Positions 17,280-27,234 of a DNA stretch of 64,000 bases are shown piece after piece. Origin of the DNA: Candidatus Latescibacterota bacterium (GTDB lineage Bacteria > Latescibacterota > UBA2968 > GCA-2709665); contig OZ242180.1 in the NCBI GenBank assembly GCA_965205485.1, positions 448,001-512,000 on the forward strand. Reading direction: 5' to 3'. Made by a program: the position numbers and the translations under genes. Below the pieces are notes generated by a model. It did no database searches, was not told where the DNA came from, and saw nothing but the letters and a program-made list of their open reading frames with translations. Every line of letters begins with the position of its first letter. Within the stretch, counting starts at the first letter, position 1.

Positions 17280-18554
17280 CTACGCCCGGTACAACCTGTC
17301 CAGCAACTCAACGGCCGCTTCCACGATCTTCTCGCCGGATCCCGGCGTGAAGAGGGCCGCTTCGGGTTCGTAACCGCCTTCTCTATAGGCCTGTTCGTCC
17401 GGCAGATATCCCACACTGTCGTTGGCCAGTTCCAGGACCATCGTCTGACCGAAAGGAGACCGACGCTTGATTTCCAGGCCGAGTCTTACCAACAGTTCTC
17501 CCGGTACACCCACGAGGGCCAGGTTTCCGATTCGAAGCGCCTGCACCCATGTTCGCGACGAGTCCGGCACTTCCGCCATCCGACGCAGAATCCGCCGGGC
17601 GAACGCCCGCTCCGCCATGGTCCCTCGACCCTCTTGGTCGATTTCCCTGGCCCGGGTGATATCGGCCGGCGAAGGGCCGGCCTTGCGCTGAAGCGCCACT
17701 TCCACCATTTCAGCGCCGAGAGGCAGGTCGCGGGCGAAATCCATCCCGTTCCATGCCCAGAAGGCCTGGGCAGCCACCAACGCGGCGACCCGTTCCGAAT
17801 GCTGGTGCCGGTCGTTCGCGCTTCGGCTGCCTCCAATCACGTCGTGGTTGTTGATGTCGCCCGAAGCGCCGTTCGAAAGTGCCGCCGTAAACCGTTGGCC
17901 TCGCATGCGCTGAATGAGACTCGAAAAATATCCGAAATAGTCTGCCGAGATCTCCCGCTCGTGGTCGCCGCCGCCCACGTAGTGCAACGCGTAGTTGCAC
18001 AACAGTCCCACGGGTGCGCCATCCGTTTTCTGAATACAGAGCACACCCACGTCCGGGTCAACCGGGCCCGCGGCCCTCACCACGTCGGGATTGCCGGTAC
18101 CGGGGTTGGTCCGCACCGTGCCGTCTGCCATATGAAACCGCCGGTTGAACACCGGCCGGCCCTCTTCCGCGCGCCCCCAGCCTGCGCCCACCGCATCGCG
18201 TCCGTCCCAGGCGATGCGCACGGAATCGGCAATCCGTTCCACCAAGAATGCCGTATATGCGTCATCTCCCGTCTGGGCGCCGGAGTGGGTGTGGGTACAG
18301 CAGATCATCACCCGTTCGGGAGCCAGACCGGTGGTCCCGGCAATTCGCGCCCTTGCCGCGTCCAGGTATGTCCGCGACACACCGACGAGATCGCAGACGG
18401 CGATCGCGATGCCCGCACCGTCACGCTCCAGAACGAAACTGCGGACGTTCAGCGGATCGTGGATCCCCTCCGCCCTGCGTTCGTGAAACAGGCCCGGAAT
18501 CAGCGTTCCCAGCGGCGGTGTGATATCCAGTGTGATCGCGCCCCCGTTCAGCAT
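17280..18554 (-). CDS. Neutral/alkaline ceramidase-like N-terminal domain hydrolase
   Basis: DITPP, IHDPL, CTHTHSG, FNRR, GPVDPDV, NYALH, GASGDIN, VPGE, LANDSVGY. Confidence 0.8.
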   Translation of the reverse strand: MLNGGAITLDITPPLGTLIPGLFHERRAEGIHDPLNVRSFVLERDGAGIAIAVCDLVGVSRTYLDAARARIAGTTGLAPERVMICCTHTHSGAQTGDDAYTAFLVERIADSVRIAWDGRDAVGAGWGRAEEGRPVFNRRFHMADGTVRTNPGTGNPDVVRAAGPVDPDVGVLCIQKTDGAPVGLLCNYALHYVGGGDHEREISADYFGYFSSLIQRMRGQRFTAALSNGASGDINNHDVIGGSRSANDRHQHSERVAALVAAQAFWAWNGMDFARDLPLGAEMVEVALQRKAGPSPADITRAREIDQEGRGTMAERAFARRILRRMAEVPDSSRTWVQALRIGNLALVGVPGELLVRLGLEIKRRSPFGQTMVLELANDSVGYLPDEQAYREGGYEPEAALFTPGSGEKIVEAAVELLDRLYRA

Positions 18555-18597
18555 GTCATCTCCTCAGGATCATGTACGACAATATCGGTACGCCGGC

Positions 18598-20883
18598 TCA
18601 GCTCATCAGCCGCCGCAGCCAGGCTTTGCCGCGGCCTTCTCGCTGTTTGACAAGCATCACCGACGTCTTGGCGAAGCGTCCCACCCGGTCCGGCACCTCG
18701 CCGAACAGAAGTTGCTGGAACAGGCCGGTATTGGCCGCGCCCATCACGATCAGATCGAAATCCGCGCCTGCCCTGGCAATGCCCGCCGGAACGGACCGGG
18801 AACGGATCGCACGGCTTTCCACGTCGCCCAGATTAGCGTTCGTCAGGGTCTGATCGATCCACCCCATGGCCTCCCTCTCCCGCTCGGCGGCCGCATCTTC
18901 GGGTATCACGGAGCAGGCTGTCACGCGGGAGCCGTAGGCCGCCACGATCGGCTCGAGCAACTCGACGGCGAACCGCGTATGGGGCCCGCCGGCCGTTGGC
19001 AGCAGAATGCGATCGAACCTGGCCTGGTCCTGCAACTTGACAACCACCACGTCCGCGGTTGCCCGGTTCACCACCCTGTCCAGCACTTCGCCGAAAATCC
19101 GCTCACGCGTGGTGGTAAATCCCTTCCATCCGATAACCAGCAGGTCCGCGTGCTCGTCCGACACCGCCGACAGAATGCCTTCGTCCACGCGATGCGCCAC
19201 GCGAATGTCCGAAACCATGCGGAGGCTCTGCTTCTGCGCGTAGGCCTGCGCTGTTCTCAGCAGCGGCATCCGGTGGTTGATGTACTTCATCCCTTCCTGG
19301 ATCGGCAGCTGAATCGGGACCTCCACGGTGGTATTGACGATCAGGTCGCCGTTCCTCGCTTTCACGATGGGTATGGAGATATCCAGCAGCGATTCGATCG
19401 TACCCGGATTGGCCACGGGTACCAGGACCCTGTAGGGCGCGCGGGCGGTCTCGAGGGGCAGCGCGTCCAGCACGTGGGGCTCGGCCTCGCCCGATTCCTT
19501 CCGGAAATGGATGGTGTACGCGAAAAACCCCGCCACGATCCATACCAGCGCGACGTACCACGCCATTGGATCAAAACGAAACTGGTAGACAGCCAGCAGC
19601 ATATTCGACGCCGCGCCAAGCAGCGGCAGCCAGGGGAATAGCGGCACTTTGTACCTGCGCTCGATTTCCGGCATCCGGCGCCGCAGGACGAGCAGCGACA
19701 GGTTCACGAGCGTAAACGTAAGCAGGAACATCAGGCTGGCCGCCGACCCGACCACGTGGATGGGCAAGAGCAGCGCGATGCCCGTCAGAATCGCGCCGGT
19801 GACCAGAATCGCGACGTGCGGGGTCCGCCTGTCGGAATGAATCGCGGCCATACCCACCGGCAGCCACCGGTCCCTGCCCATGGAGAAGGCCACGCGGCTG
19901 GAGGCCAGCACGGTCGCGTTCAGCGCGGACATGGTGGAGAGCAACCCGCCGAAAACGATGGTTGCCACGCCGAACGCCGGCATGAAGCTGTCTGCTGCCT
20001 TCACAATCGCCGTTTCCTGGTACCGGCCCAGAAATTCCCACGACGTGGTGCCTTCCGGTTGGACCGCGGCCAACGACACAAAGACGATCAGCAGATAAAC
20101 GACCACGGTTACGCCAAGGGAAATGAACGTGGCCTTGGGAATATTGATCTCGGGCTGTTTGATTTCTTCCGCGACCGTCGCGATAAGATCGTACCCTTCA
20201 AAAGCGATAAACGTCAGTCCCATGGCCACCAGCACGCCCCCCAGTCCCTTCGGGAAGAACGGAGAGAAGCTCTTCGCCGCCTGTACGGGCGTCGCGAAGA
20301 TATGCGCCAGCCCGAACCAGACGAAAACCAGCAGCACGAGAATCTTGGACATGGTGATCACGTTCTCCGCCTTGCCCGTGACCTCCGTGCCGCGCACGTT
20401 CAGCCAGACAAAGACGCAGCTTACGATCACCGTTACGAACGCAACAGACGGCTGAACCCCCGTCGTCGCCTGGATCGTATAGCTGACGTCCGGCAGGTAC
20501 TTGTGGAAAAACTCCCAGAAGTAGCCTGCAAAGCCCAGCGCATAAAGGCTGCACGCCACCGTGTAGGCGAACCAGAGCATCCATCCGGACAGAAACCCCA
20601 CCGGACCGGGAAACGCCTTCTTGACGAACGAATATCCACCGCCGGCCTCGGGAATCGCAGAGGCGAGCTCGGCGTAGCAGAACGCCGTCATCAGCGTCAC
20701 GAGGCCGTTCAGCGCAAATGCCAGAATTGACGCCGGCCCCGCCTCACCGGCGGCAATCCCGGTCAGAACGAAGATCCCCGCGCCGATCATCGCGCCGATG
20801 CCGATCATCGATGCGTCGAAGCAACCCAGACTCCTGGCAAAGGTGACCCTGTTGGATTCCGGCGGAAGGGAGGATACTGCCAC
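18598..20883 (-). CDS. APC-family amino acid permease with C-terminal tandem universal stress protein domains
   Basis: GAMIGAGIFVL, YAELASAIPEAGGGY, FIAFEGY, SSRVAFSMGRD; USP motifs VLVPVANP, ILLPTAGGPH, LFGEVPDRV; GTG start at 20883. Confidence 0.9.
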   Translation of the reverse strand: MAVSSLPPESNRVTFARSLGCFDASMIGIGAMIGAGIFVLTGIAAGEAGPASILAFALNGLVTLMTAFCYAELASAIPEAGGGYSFVKKAFPGPVGFLSGWMLWFAYTVACSLYALGFAGYFWEFFHKYLPDVSYTIQATTGVQPSVAFVTVIVSCVFVWLNVRGTEVTGKAENVITMSKILVLLVFVWFGLAHIFATPVQAAKSFSPFFPKGLGGVLVAMGLTFIAFEGYDLIATVAEEIKQPEINIPKATFISLGVTVVVYLLIVFVSLAAVQPEGTTSWEFLGRYQETAIVKAADSFMPAFGVATIVFGGLLSTMSALNATVLASSRVAFSMGRDRWLPVGMAAIHSDRRTPHVAILVTGAILTGIALLLPIHVVGSAASLMFLLTFTLVNLSLLVLRRRMPEIERRYKVPLFPWLPLLGAASNMLLAVYQFRFDPMAWYVALVWIVAGFFAYTIHFRKESGEAEPHVLDALPLETARAPYRVLVPVANPGTIESLLDISIPIVKARNGDLIVNTTVEVPIQLPIQEGMKYINHRMPLLRTAQAYAQKQSLRMVSDIRVAHRVDEGILSAVSDEHADLLVIGWKGFTTTRERIFGEVLDRVVNRATADVVVVKLQDQARFDRILLPTAGGPHTRFAVELLEPIVAAYGSRVTACSVIPEDAAAEREREAMGWIDQTLTNANLGDVESRAIRSRSVPAGIARAGADFDLIVMGAANTGLFQQLLFGEVPDRVGRFAKTSVMLVKQREGRGKAWLRRLMS

Positions 20884-20958
20884 TGAGACCTCGGTCTGAA
20901 AAGCAAAAAGGCCAGGGACGCGAGACACGCACCCCTGGCGTTGTCGGCCCGCGACGAC

Positions 20959-21966
20959 TTAAGACGCGGGATTGGAGATATCTTCGTAGCCCGTCAGACG
21001 ATAGTCGAACTCCAGGTAATCCAGAAGGCGGCAGAGACTTCGAAATGCCACGCCGAACCCGTCCACGCCGCTGACGCCGCCGAACTGGCCGCCGCCCTTC
21101 ACGTGCGGCTCCAGGTCCACGAATACGCCCGGCACACCCAGCGGAGACAGGCGCTCGTGAATCTCAGGCACCAGCGTCCGGAAATCCCGCAGCACCTGCT
21201 CGTGGCCCGAATCGCCCCGGTCCACCGGGATGAACCGGGTCAATCCCCGCTCCCCGGCCGCATCCAGCATACCCTGGTTCGACGGATTGTTGAAACCCTT
21301 GATGTGTATCCACCCCACGCCGGGCTTCATTTTGACGTAGTGCTCGTATGCGCTGTCCGGACTGTGACCGCTGGATTCCATGTTTCCCACGTCCGGAATG
21401 ATGCAGACATAGGGACTGTTGACTTTTTCATACAATGCGATCAACGTGTCCCCGTCTCCGCCAATCAGGTCGGCCTCCACCTCCATACCGTAAACCACGC
21501 CTGCAGAAGCGCATTTCTCGACAATCTGTCCGAGTTGATCCGCGGCCTGGTCCAGGTACGGCCATGGATCCTGCCCGTGTGGATGGTAATAGCTGAACCC
21601 CCGCAGCAGTTTGGTATCGAAGGCGTGGGCCAGGTCGATAGCCCGCTGAACGTCGTTTTTCAGATAGGATTCAAACGGGACGTACCGGTTCTGTGTGCCG
21701 TCGTCCTCGTCGACGAGCTTGACCTTACCGAGTGGAGATCCCACGCTCGACACGCCGACCTGAAACGCGCCGTGCAGGTCCTGAAGCCGTTGTACTTCTT
21801 CGTCTGAAAGCTCCATGACGTTCTTCACGCCGTTGCCGAGATCGATGAACCGGATCGTGTAATAGGATAGGCCGAGCGCGGACATCATTGTCAGTTGCTC
21901 TTCGGCCCGTTTGCTCACCGGACCCTCATCCGCAAATCCGGAAAGAATCACTTCGGATGTTGCCAT
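20959..21966 (-). CDS. Sugar phosphate isomerase/epimerase (xylose-isomerase-like TIM barrel)
   Basis: SGFADE, SPLGK, RGFSYY, DVGN, HIK, LEPH. Confidence 0.85.
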   Translation of the reverse strand: MATSEVILSGFADEGPVSKRAEEQLTMMSALGLSYYTIRFIDLGNGVKNVMELSDEEVQRLQDLHGAFQVGVSSVGSPLGKVKLVDEDDGTQNRYVPFESYLKNDVQRAIDLAHAFDTKLLRGFSYYHPHGQDPWPYLDQAADQLGQIVEKCASAGVVYGMEVEADLIGGDGDTLIALYEKVNSPYVCIIPDVGNMESSGHSPDSAYEHYVKMKPGVGWIHIKGFNNPSNQGMLDAAGERGLTRFIPVDRGDSGHEQVLRDFRTLVPEIHERLSPLGVPGVFVDLEPHVKGGGQFGGVSGVDGFGVAFRSLCRLLDYLEFDYRLTGYEDISNPAS

Positions 21967-22031
21967 ATTCAGACACCTCGACGTTAGTGAATAATGGATG
22001 ATTTACGTTCTGCGTTTCGTGACCCGATCTC

Positions 22032-22748
22032 TCACGTAGTCAGTTCCGGCGTAAGATGAGCCACGCGAGCCAGATATCGCATCTGCACCCGGCCCTCACC
22101 ATCGAAATCCAGGCGGCTGACGGCCGTGTTGGGGCTTTGGAAATAGACTCCGTCCGGCATACCCGCAAACACGGCGTGGAGCAGGTCGTTGGCGAATCCG
22201 CCGTGGCAAACCAGCGCTATCCGTTCCTCGGTACCGGCAAATTGATTGTGGATTACGGATGCCACCGTCCGCGCCCGCGCCCGCCACTCCTCCTTTATCT
22301 CGGGCGGCCGGTTCCACCAGCCCTCGTCCGTGACCGCTTCGGGTACCGTGAATTCCGGGAACCGCCCCTCAATCTCGCTGCGCGTGAGACCGGGATACCC
22401 CACCTCTCCCCTGCCGTCCCCCTCATCCAGCCAGATTCCGCCCTCTTCGTGAATATCGATCCAGATTTCGGGCCGGACCCCCAGCGCCTTTCCTACCGGC
22501 GCCGTCGTCTGAATTGCGCGCAGCATCGGGCTCGAAAATATCCGGTCGAAGACAAAACCGCCGCAATTCTGCTGCATCCCGGCGGCGTGGATTTCCTCAA
22601 CCCCTTCTCCGGCCGAGGCCAGGTAGTGGGCCAGCCGTTCGGCCTGAGCTTCGCCGATTTCCGTGAGCGGCGGGTCGCAGACACGCTGACCGACGTCCGC
22701 CGTCGCGTTATTCGCAGACTGCCCGTGCCGGATAATATAGAGCTCCAT
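22032..22748 (-). CDS. Histidine phosphatase (phosphoglycerate mutase family)
   Basis: MELYIIRHGQS, DPPLTEIG, SSPMLRAIQT, VCHGG, NTAVS. Confidence 0.92.
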   Translation of the reverse strand: MELYIIRHGQSANNATADVGQRVCDPPLTEIGEAQAERLAHYLASAGEGVEEIHAAGMQQNCGGFVFDRIFSSPMLRAIQTTAPVGKALGVRPEIWIDIHEEGGIWLDEGDGRGEVGYPGLTRSEIEGRFPEFTVPEAVTDEGWWNRPPEIKEEWRARARTVASVIHNQFAGTEERIALVCHGGFANDLLHAVFAGMPDGVYFQSPNTAVSRLDFDGEGRVQMRYLARVAHLTPELTT

Positions 22749-22765
22749 CCATTCCTCTCCGGGCG

Positions 22766-22790
22766 AAAAAAAGCCCGGCAACGTTGCCGG
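22766..22790 (-). terminator. Probable terminator (perfect palindrome plus T7) just upstream of the His-phosphatase RBS
   Basis: CCGGCAACGTTGCCGG followed on the minus strand by GCTTTTTTT. Confidence 0.55.
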
Positions 22791-22867
22791 AGTGTAAGTT
22801 CCTGTCACCGGGAAGGGGTCGGAACATACCACATTCATGGAGGGCGATCAAGGCATTTCTGGCCTAA

Positions 22868-23191
22868 CAGCCCGTTGAAAAAGTCCATCCGGGCTGCGGC
22901 CGGCCTTTGCGGTCGAAATACTGCGTTGCGCTCCCTCACCGAATCGACGGATGGGACTCGGTCGCGCGCCTTGTCTTCAACCACAATGGCAAGTGTTCTG
23001 TCCCGGAAATAGATTGCCGAAATTCGACCGCCGAGTCGGCCGGCTGGCAAGGCGCCTGAGCAAGGAGACCTGTCCGTGGTCGCCGAGCGAAGGCAACGCC
23101 GCCAGACGGGATGAATCGGCGGATGAATGGTGACATTTTTCCGGGACGGGACACCATGCCTCGCCTGCAGAGCGACTTTCTCAACGGACTG
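22868..23191. mobile_element. MITE family C (IS5/IS1182-like ends), 324 bp, CTAA target duplication, containing a family B copy
   Basis: CAGCCCGTTGAAAAAGTC and GACTTTCTCAACGGACTG (16/18 match); CTAA at 22864-22867 and 23192-23195. Confidence 0.8.
22993..23154. mobile_element. MITE family B, copy 2 (162 bp), nested
   Basis: GTGTTCTGTCCCGGAAATA...TTTCCGGGACGGGACAC; colinear with the reverse complement of 14113-14274. Confidence 0.8.
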
Positions 23192-23587
23192 CTAACCGGA
23201 TACGGGATCGAACGTCGCCACGTTCCTGAGTCCTGCGACACTCTCCCGGGCCTCGAATTCCACGGTCAACGTCACGCGCCTGACGTCGCCCGGCTCCATA
23301 TTTCCCTCCAGCCGTCTCGACGTCTGCCCCACGGTATCGTTCTGATCGTCCACCAGCCGCCACGTCAGCACAAACGGCTCTTCGATCGGCACGTCCCCAA
23401 CGTGCACCACGTCCGCGTCGATCCGCACCGCGACGATCTGGGGCGGATCGCCCTGATTGAGCACCGGGTGCGCGGACAGGTTCGTTATCGACAGCATATT
23501 CGACAGTTCTTCCGCCTGCAGACCTTTCGGATTCCTCCCGCACCCCGCCACTACGACCAGGACAACAAGGCATATCGCCATTCGCAT
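23192..23587 (-). CDS. Lipoprotein with an Ig-like beta-sandwich
   Basis: MRMAICLVVLVVVAG-C lipobox; MEPGDVRRVTLTV; directly downstream of uppP. Confidence 0.75.
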   Translation of the reverse strand: MRMAICLVVLVVVAGCGRNPKGLQAEELSNMLSITNLSAHPVLNQGDPPQIVAVRIDADVVHVGDVPIEEPFVLTWRLVDDQNDTVGQTSRRLEGNMEPGDVRRVTLTVEFEARESVAGLRNVATFDPVSG

Positions 23588-23598
23588 ACAGAGCCCCT

Positions 23599-24384
23599 TC
23601 ACGAATCCAGCCAGAAGATCGTCAACGCCGTGAATCCGATCGCCCAGCAATAGTACGAGAACCGGTCCAACCGGCCGCCCTGCAACAGGGCGAACAGCCA
23701 CCGGATTGCCACCACGCCGGAGAGGAATGCGACACCAAGACCGATCAAGAGTGGACCTGCGACGTTCCAGTCAGGCGGATCGGCGATGAGGCTTCCCGCC
23801 TTCACTACGGTCGCACCGAGGATCACGGGAATCGACAACAAAAAAGAAAAAGACGCCGCTTCCCGGCCGTCGATACCTCGCCATAACCCTGCCGAGATTG
23901 TCAGGCCGGAGCGCGAAATCCCGGGCAGTATTGCAAACGCCTGTGCGAACCCGATAAGCAGCGCATCGCCAACCCCGATCTCTTCCCGGCTGCGCGTAAC
24001 GTAACGGGTGCTCCAGAGTACGGCTCCCGTTGCCACCAGGCATCCGGCCGCCGCCGCGGGATTTTGGAACGCAAACGTCAGATAGTCCTCTAAAAAAAAC
24101 CCGACGGCGCCGGCCGGTATGGTGCCGACAGACAGCAGCAGCACCATGCGCCAGGACGCAGGGTCCCGCCGGACGCAGCCGGCTGCCAGTGCCCTTATCC
24201 GGTCCCCAAGTACCGTGAGCACTGCGAGCAACGTGCCGAAGTGGACGATCACCTCGAAAACCAGGTCTCCGGGCTGCATCCCCAGCAGCGCCTGTCCCAG
24301 CACGAGATGCCCGGAACTGCTCACCGGCAGGAATTCGGACAGTCCCTGCACAATTCCCAGAAGTAACGCTTCGTGGAACGTCAC
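23599..24384 (-). CDS. uppP: Undecaprenyl-diphosphate phosphatase
   Basis: GIVQGLSEFLPVSSSGHL, HFGTLLA, PGISRSGLTI, SFLLSIP. Confidence 0.96.
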   Translation of the reverse strand: MTFHEALLLGIVQGLSEFLPVSSSGHLVLGQALLGMQPGDLVFEVIVHFGTLLAVLTVLGDRIRALAAGCVRRDPASWRMVLLLSVGTIPAGAVGFFLEDYLTFAFQNPAAAAGCLVATGAVLWSTRYVTRSREEIGVGDALLIGFAQAFAILPGISRSGLTISAGLWRGIDGREAASFSFLLSIPVILGATVVKAGSLIADPPDWNVAGPLLIGLGVAFLSGVVAIRWLFALLQGGRLDRFSYYCWAIGFTALTIFWLDS

Positions 24385-24440
24385 CTCAGACGCTCCCCCA
24401 TCGCGACTATGGACGACGTTGCGGCGAATAAGTCGTTATA

Positions 24441-24469
24441 AAAATAACCCTTAACGGTCCTCCCGGCAA
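24441..24469 (-). promoter_or_regulatory. Putative sigma70 promoter of uppP
   Basis: Minus strand TTGCCG-17 bp-TATTTT about 55 bp upstream of the start. Confidence 0.4.
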
Positions 24470-24873
24470 ACAGAAACCTCCACGGTAGGGGATGTTTGGG
24501 ATCTCGAGGGAGCATTGAGTAACACATAGCCGGTTGGATGTCCTGCGAGATTTGAAAACCGATTGACAGGATCAGCGAACTTTCATTTAATGTCCATACG
24601 TTTAATGTATCCCGAAAACGCACATCCTGGATTCCCGGCGCGCACTGTCGCGCCAGTGATCTGCGAGATAAGATTTGGAAATGCAGCAAACTGTCCGTGC
24701 CGCCGTATAGTCGAACAAACACCTTGCAATCAGCGGGGTAGTCTACGTCTGGGAGACTTGCCTGTGTGGCCCGATACGCATATCGAACACTCCGTAAGCG
24801 CGAGGTAGCGCCGAAATCAACGATATTGCGGGGTTGGTCTGTCTCTTTCAATCCATTTCGAGTGAATCTCTCA

Positions 24874-27234
24874 ATGCTTCGAATCGTCATATCCTCCGCT
24901 CTCGTTCTCGCGCTGATGTGGCCGCCGTGTCCGGCCCGGGCTCAGATCGACAAACGCGACATTCATATAGGCCTGCTGCTGGATTTCGCGGCTCCCGCAA
25001 TCGATACCGGAAACAGACTCGTTGCCTTGAAGGAGGAAATACACAAGGTACTTGGAACCGAAAAGTCAGTCCACCTCCTCACCGAGCACATCCACTTTTC
25101 CGCTGCGCTCGCAGACTATCTTTCGTTGACCAACGACCCCGCGGTCGATCTGATCATCGCCGTCGGGCCCGCCAGCGCCGGGATTCTGATCGCCCATGGA
25201 GACTTTCCGAAACCGACGATCGCCGTTGGAATACTGGACGCCGAACTACAACAGATTTCCCTCGCCGAAACCGGCGCTTCCGGCGTCGCCAATTTTACCT
25301 ATCTCATCAATTCACATCCGATCCGAAAAGACCTGGAGGCGTTCAGGCGCATTCATCCGTTTCGACGACTGGGCGTCGTCGTCAGTGGATATCTGAAGGG
25401 CCGGACGGGGCTTGAGAGTTTCTTCAAACGTCTGGTTTCCGGTTACGGGTCTGAGATGGAATTGGTCTTCTGGGGTTCGGAAGAGGCCCTCCCTGAACTG
25501 AGCGACGCGGTCGATTCAGTCTACCTGGCGATGGTGCTGGATCGAACACCTGAGGAAGTCGCCAGGTTGGCGTCAAGCCTTGTCGATCGCAAACTGCCGT
25601 CTTTTTCCCTGAGCCGGTCCTTTGTGGAGGCGGGGATGATGGCGTGTATCGGCAACGAGAACGGCCAGGATCTGATCATCCGCAATCTTGCGCTCATCGT
25701 CGAGGCAGTCGTGCTTGGTGAGGAACTTGCTACGATGCCGGTAAAGCGCAGTCTCGACGATCAATGGGTGCTGAATGCGGCAACGGTCCGACGAATCGGT
25801 CTCGACCTCCCCATTGAAACGCTGTATTCCGCCCGCTTCCTTCAGGTCGACGAACCCGCGGCAGATCGACGCTTCAGTTTAAGGGAAGTCATTGCGGAGG
25901 GCTTGAAGACCAACCTCGACCTGCGCATCGAACAACGCGGTGTCGACCTCGCCGGTCAGGACGTTCGTCGCGCCAGATCGCCCCTCCTGCCCACCGTGGA
26001 TGCCTCGGGCACGATCTTGCAAATCGATCCCCAGGCTGCCGAACGCGCTCGTGGACAACAGCCGGAGCGGACGATAGCAGGAACGGGGACTGTACAGCAG
26101 GTGTTGTTTTCGGAACCGGCTTTCGCCAATCTCGAAATACAGCGTTACCTGGCCGAAGCCGCCCGGCATCGCGCCGACCTGGTCGCGCTCGACGTGGTGT
26201 TGAGTCTTGCGACGGCATACTTCGATATCCTGCTGGCCAGGACAGGGGCGCGCATCCAGGATGAGAACCTCGAGGTCTCGCGCCGCAACCTGAAGATCGC
26301 CCGTATCAGAAACGCGGTCGGCTATGCCGGCGTCGCCGAAGTATACCGCTGGGAAAGCGAAGTGGCCCGGACCACGCAAGCCTCAGTCGAGGCATTTAAC
26401 AACGTATACCTGGCCAAAGTACGGCTCAATCGACTGCTCAACCGGCCGGAAATCGGCGAGGAGTTCGAGGTGGAGGATGTATTGCTTTCTGACGAACCGT
26501 TCAGCCGTTTCGACCCGGCTCGCATCGGTCCGTTGATCGACCGGGCAGGCGACGTGGAAATCCTGACCGACTTTCTTGTCGAGGAGGCCCTGCAGAACAT
26601 GCCTTCGCTAAAACAACTGGCTGCCAATATGAAAGCAGCCGAACGCCAGCAGCGGATGAACCGGCGTTTGTATTACCTGCCCACAGTGGTTGTGCGCGGA
26701 CAGGCCGACTATACTCTCTGGCGCGGCGGCAAGGGAATGCCGCCGGTCTCGTCCGATCCTGCCAAAGGAACCTGGCGCCTGGCCCTCAACTTCACGTACC
26801 CACTCTTTCAGGGAAACCAGCGCAAGATCGACGTCGACAGAACCGCGATTCATCAGCAGCAACTCCGCCTTCAGGAGGAAAGTCTGCGCCAGCAACTCTC
26901 CCAGGCCGTCCGGGTGCGGATGACGAATCTGGTGTCCCGGCGCACGAATATCCATTTTGCCGACGTGGCGGCCAGGAGCGCCGCGAAGAACCTGGACCTT
27001 GTACAGGACGCTTATAAAAAGGGACAGTTGGAAATCGCCCAACTCGTGGACGCCCAGCGAGTCGCACTCTCCGCCCGTCAGGCCGGGGCTGCGGCTGTTT
27101 ATGAATATCTGGTCAGCTACCTGCAGTTGGAAAACAGCGTCGGAGGCTACACCATGTTCATGACTTCGGAGGAGCGGGAGGCCTTTGTCGGGCGTCTGAA
27201 GAGCTTCTTCTCCAAGAGGAAGAATTCACAATGA
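24874..27234 (+). CDS. TolC-family outer membrane efflux protein with an N-terminal ABC substrate-binding-like domain
   Basis: Signal peptide ending PARA-Q; about 330-aa type I binding-protein-like region (LPSFS..VEAG..GEELATMPV..LNAATVRRIGLDLP); OEP repeats (ARSPLLPTV, AYFDILLA, YKKGQLEIAQLVDAQ). Confidence 0.85.
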   Translation: MLRIVISSALVLALMWPPCPARAQIDKRDIHIGLLLDFAAPAIDTGNRLVALKEEIHKVLGTEKSVHLLTEHIHFSAALADYLSLTNDPAVDLIIAVGPASAGILIAHGDFPKPTIAVGILDAELQQISLAETGASGVANFTYLINSHPIRKDLEAFRRIHPFRRLGVVVSGYLKGRTGLESFFKRLVSGYGSEMELVFWGSEEALPELSDAVDSVYLAMVLDRTPEEVARLASSLVDRKLPSFSLSRSFVEAGMMACIGNENGQDLIIRNLALIVEAVVLGEELATMPVKRSLDDQWVLNAATVRRIGLDLPIETLYSARFLQVDEPAADRRFSLREVIAEGLKTNLDLRIEQRGVDLAGQDVRRARSPLLPTVDASGTILQIDPQAAERARGQQPERTIAGTGTVQQVLFSEPAFANLEIQRYLAEAARHRADLVALDVVLSLATAYFDILLARTGARIQDENLEVSRRNLKIARIRNAVGYAGVAEVYRWESEVARTTQASVEAFNNVYLAKVRLNRLLNRPEIGEEFEVEDVLLSDEPFSRFDPARIGPLIDRAGDVEILTDFLVEEALQNMPSLKQLAANMKAAERQQRMNRRLYYLPTVVVRGQADYTLWRGGKGMPPVSSDPAKGTWRLALNFTYPLFQGNQRKIDVDRTAIHQQQLRLQEESLRQQLSQAVRVRMTNLVSRRTNIHFADVAARSAAKNLDLVQDAYKKGQLEIAQLVDAQRVALSARQAGAAAVYEYLVSYLQLENSVGGYTMFMTSEEREAFVGRLKSFFSKRKNSQ

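Noticed and set aside
24381..24890. 169-aa minus-strand ORF upstream of uppP
   Set aside because: No motifs; overlaps the promoter region between divergent uppP and TolC genes.
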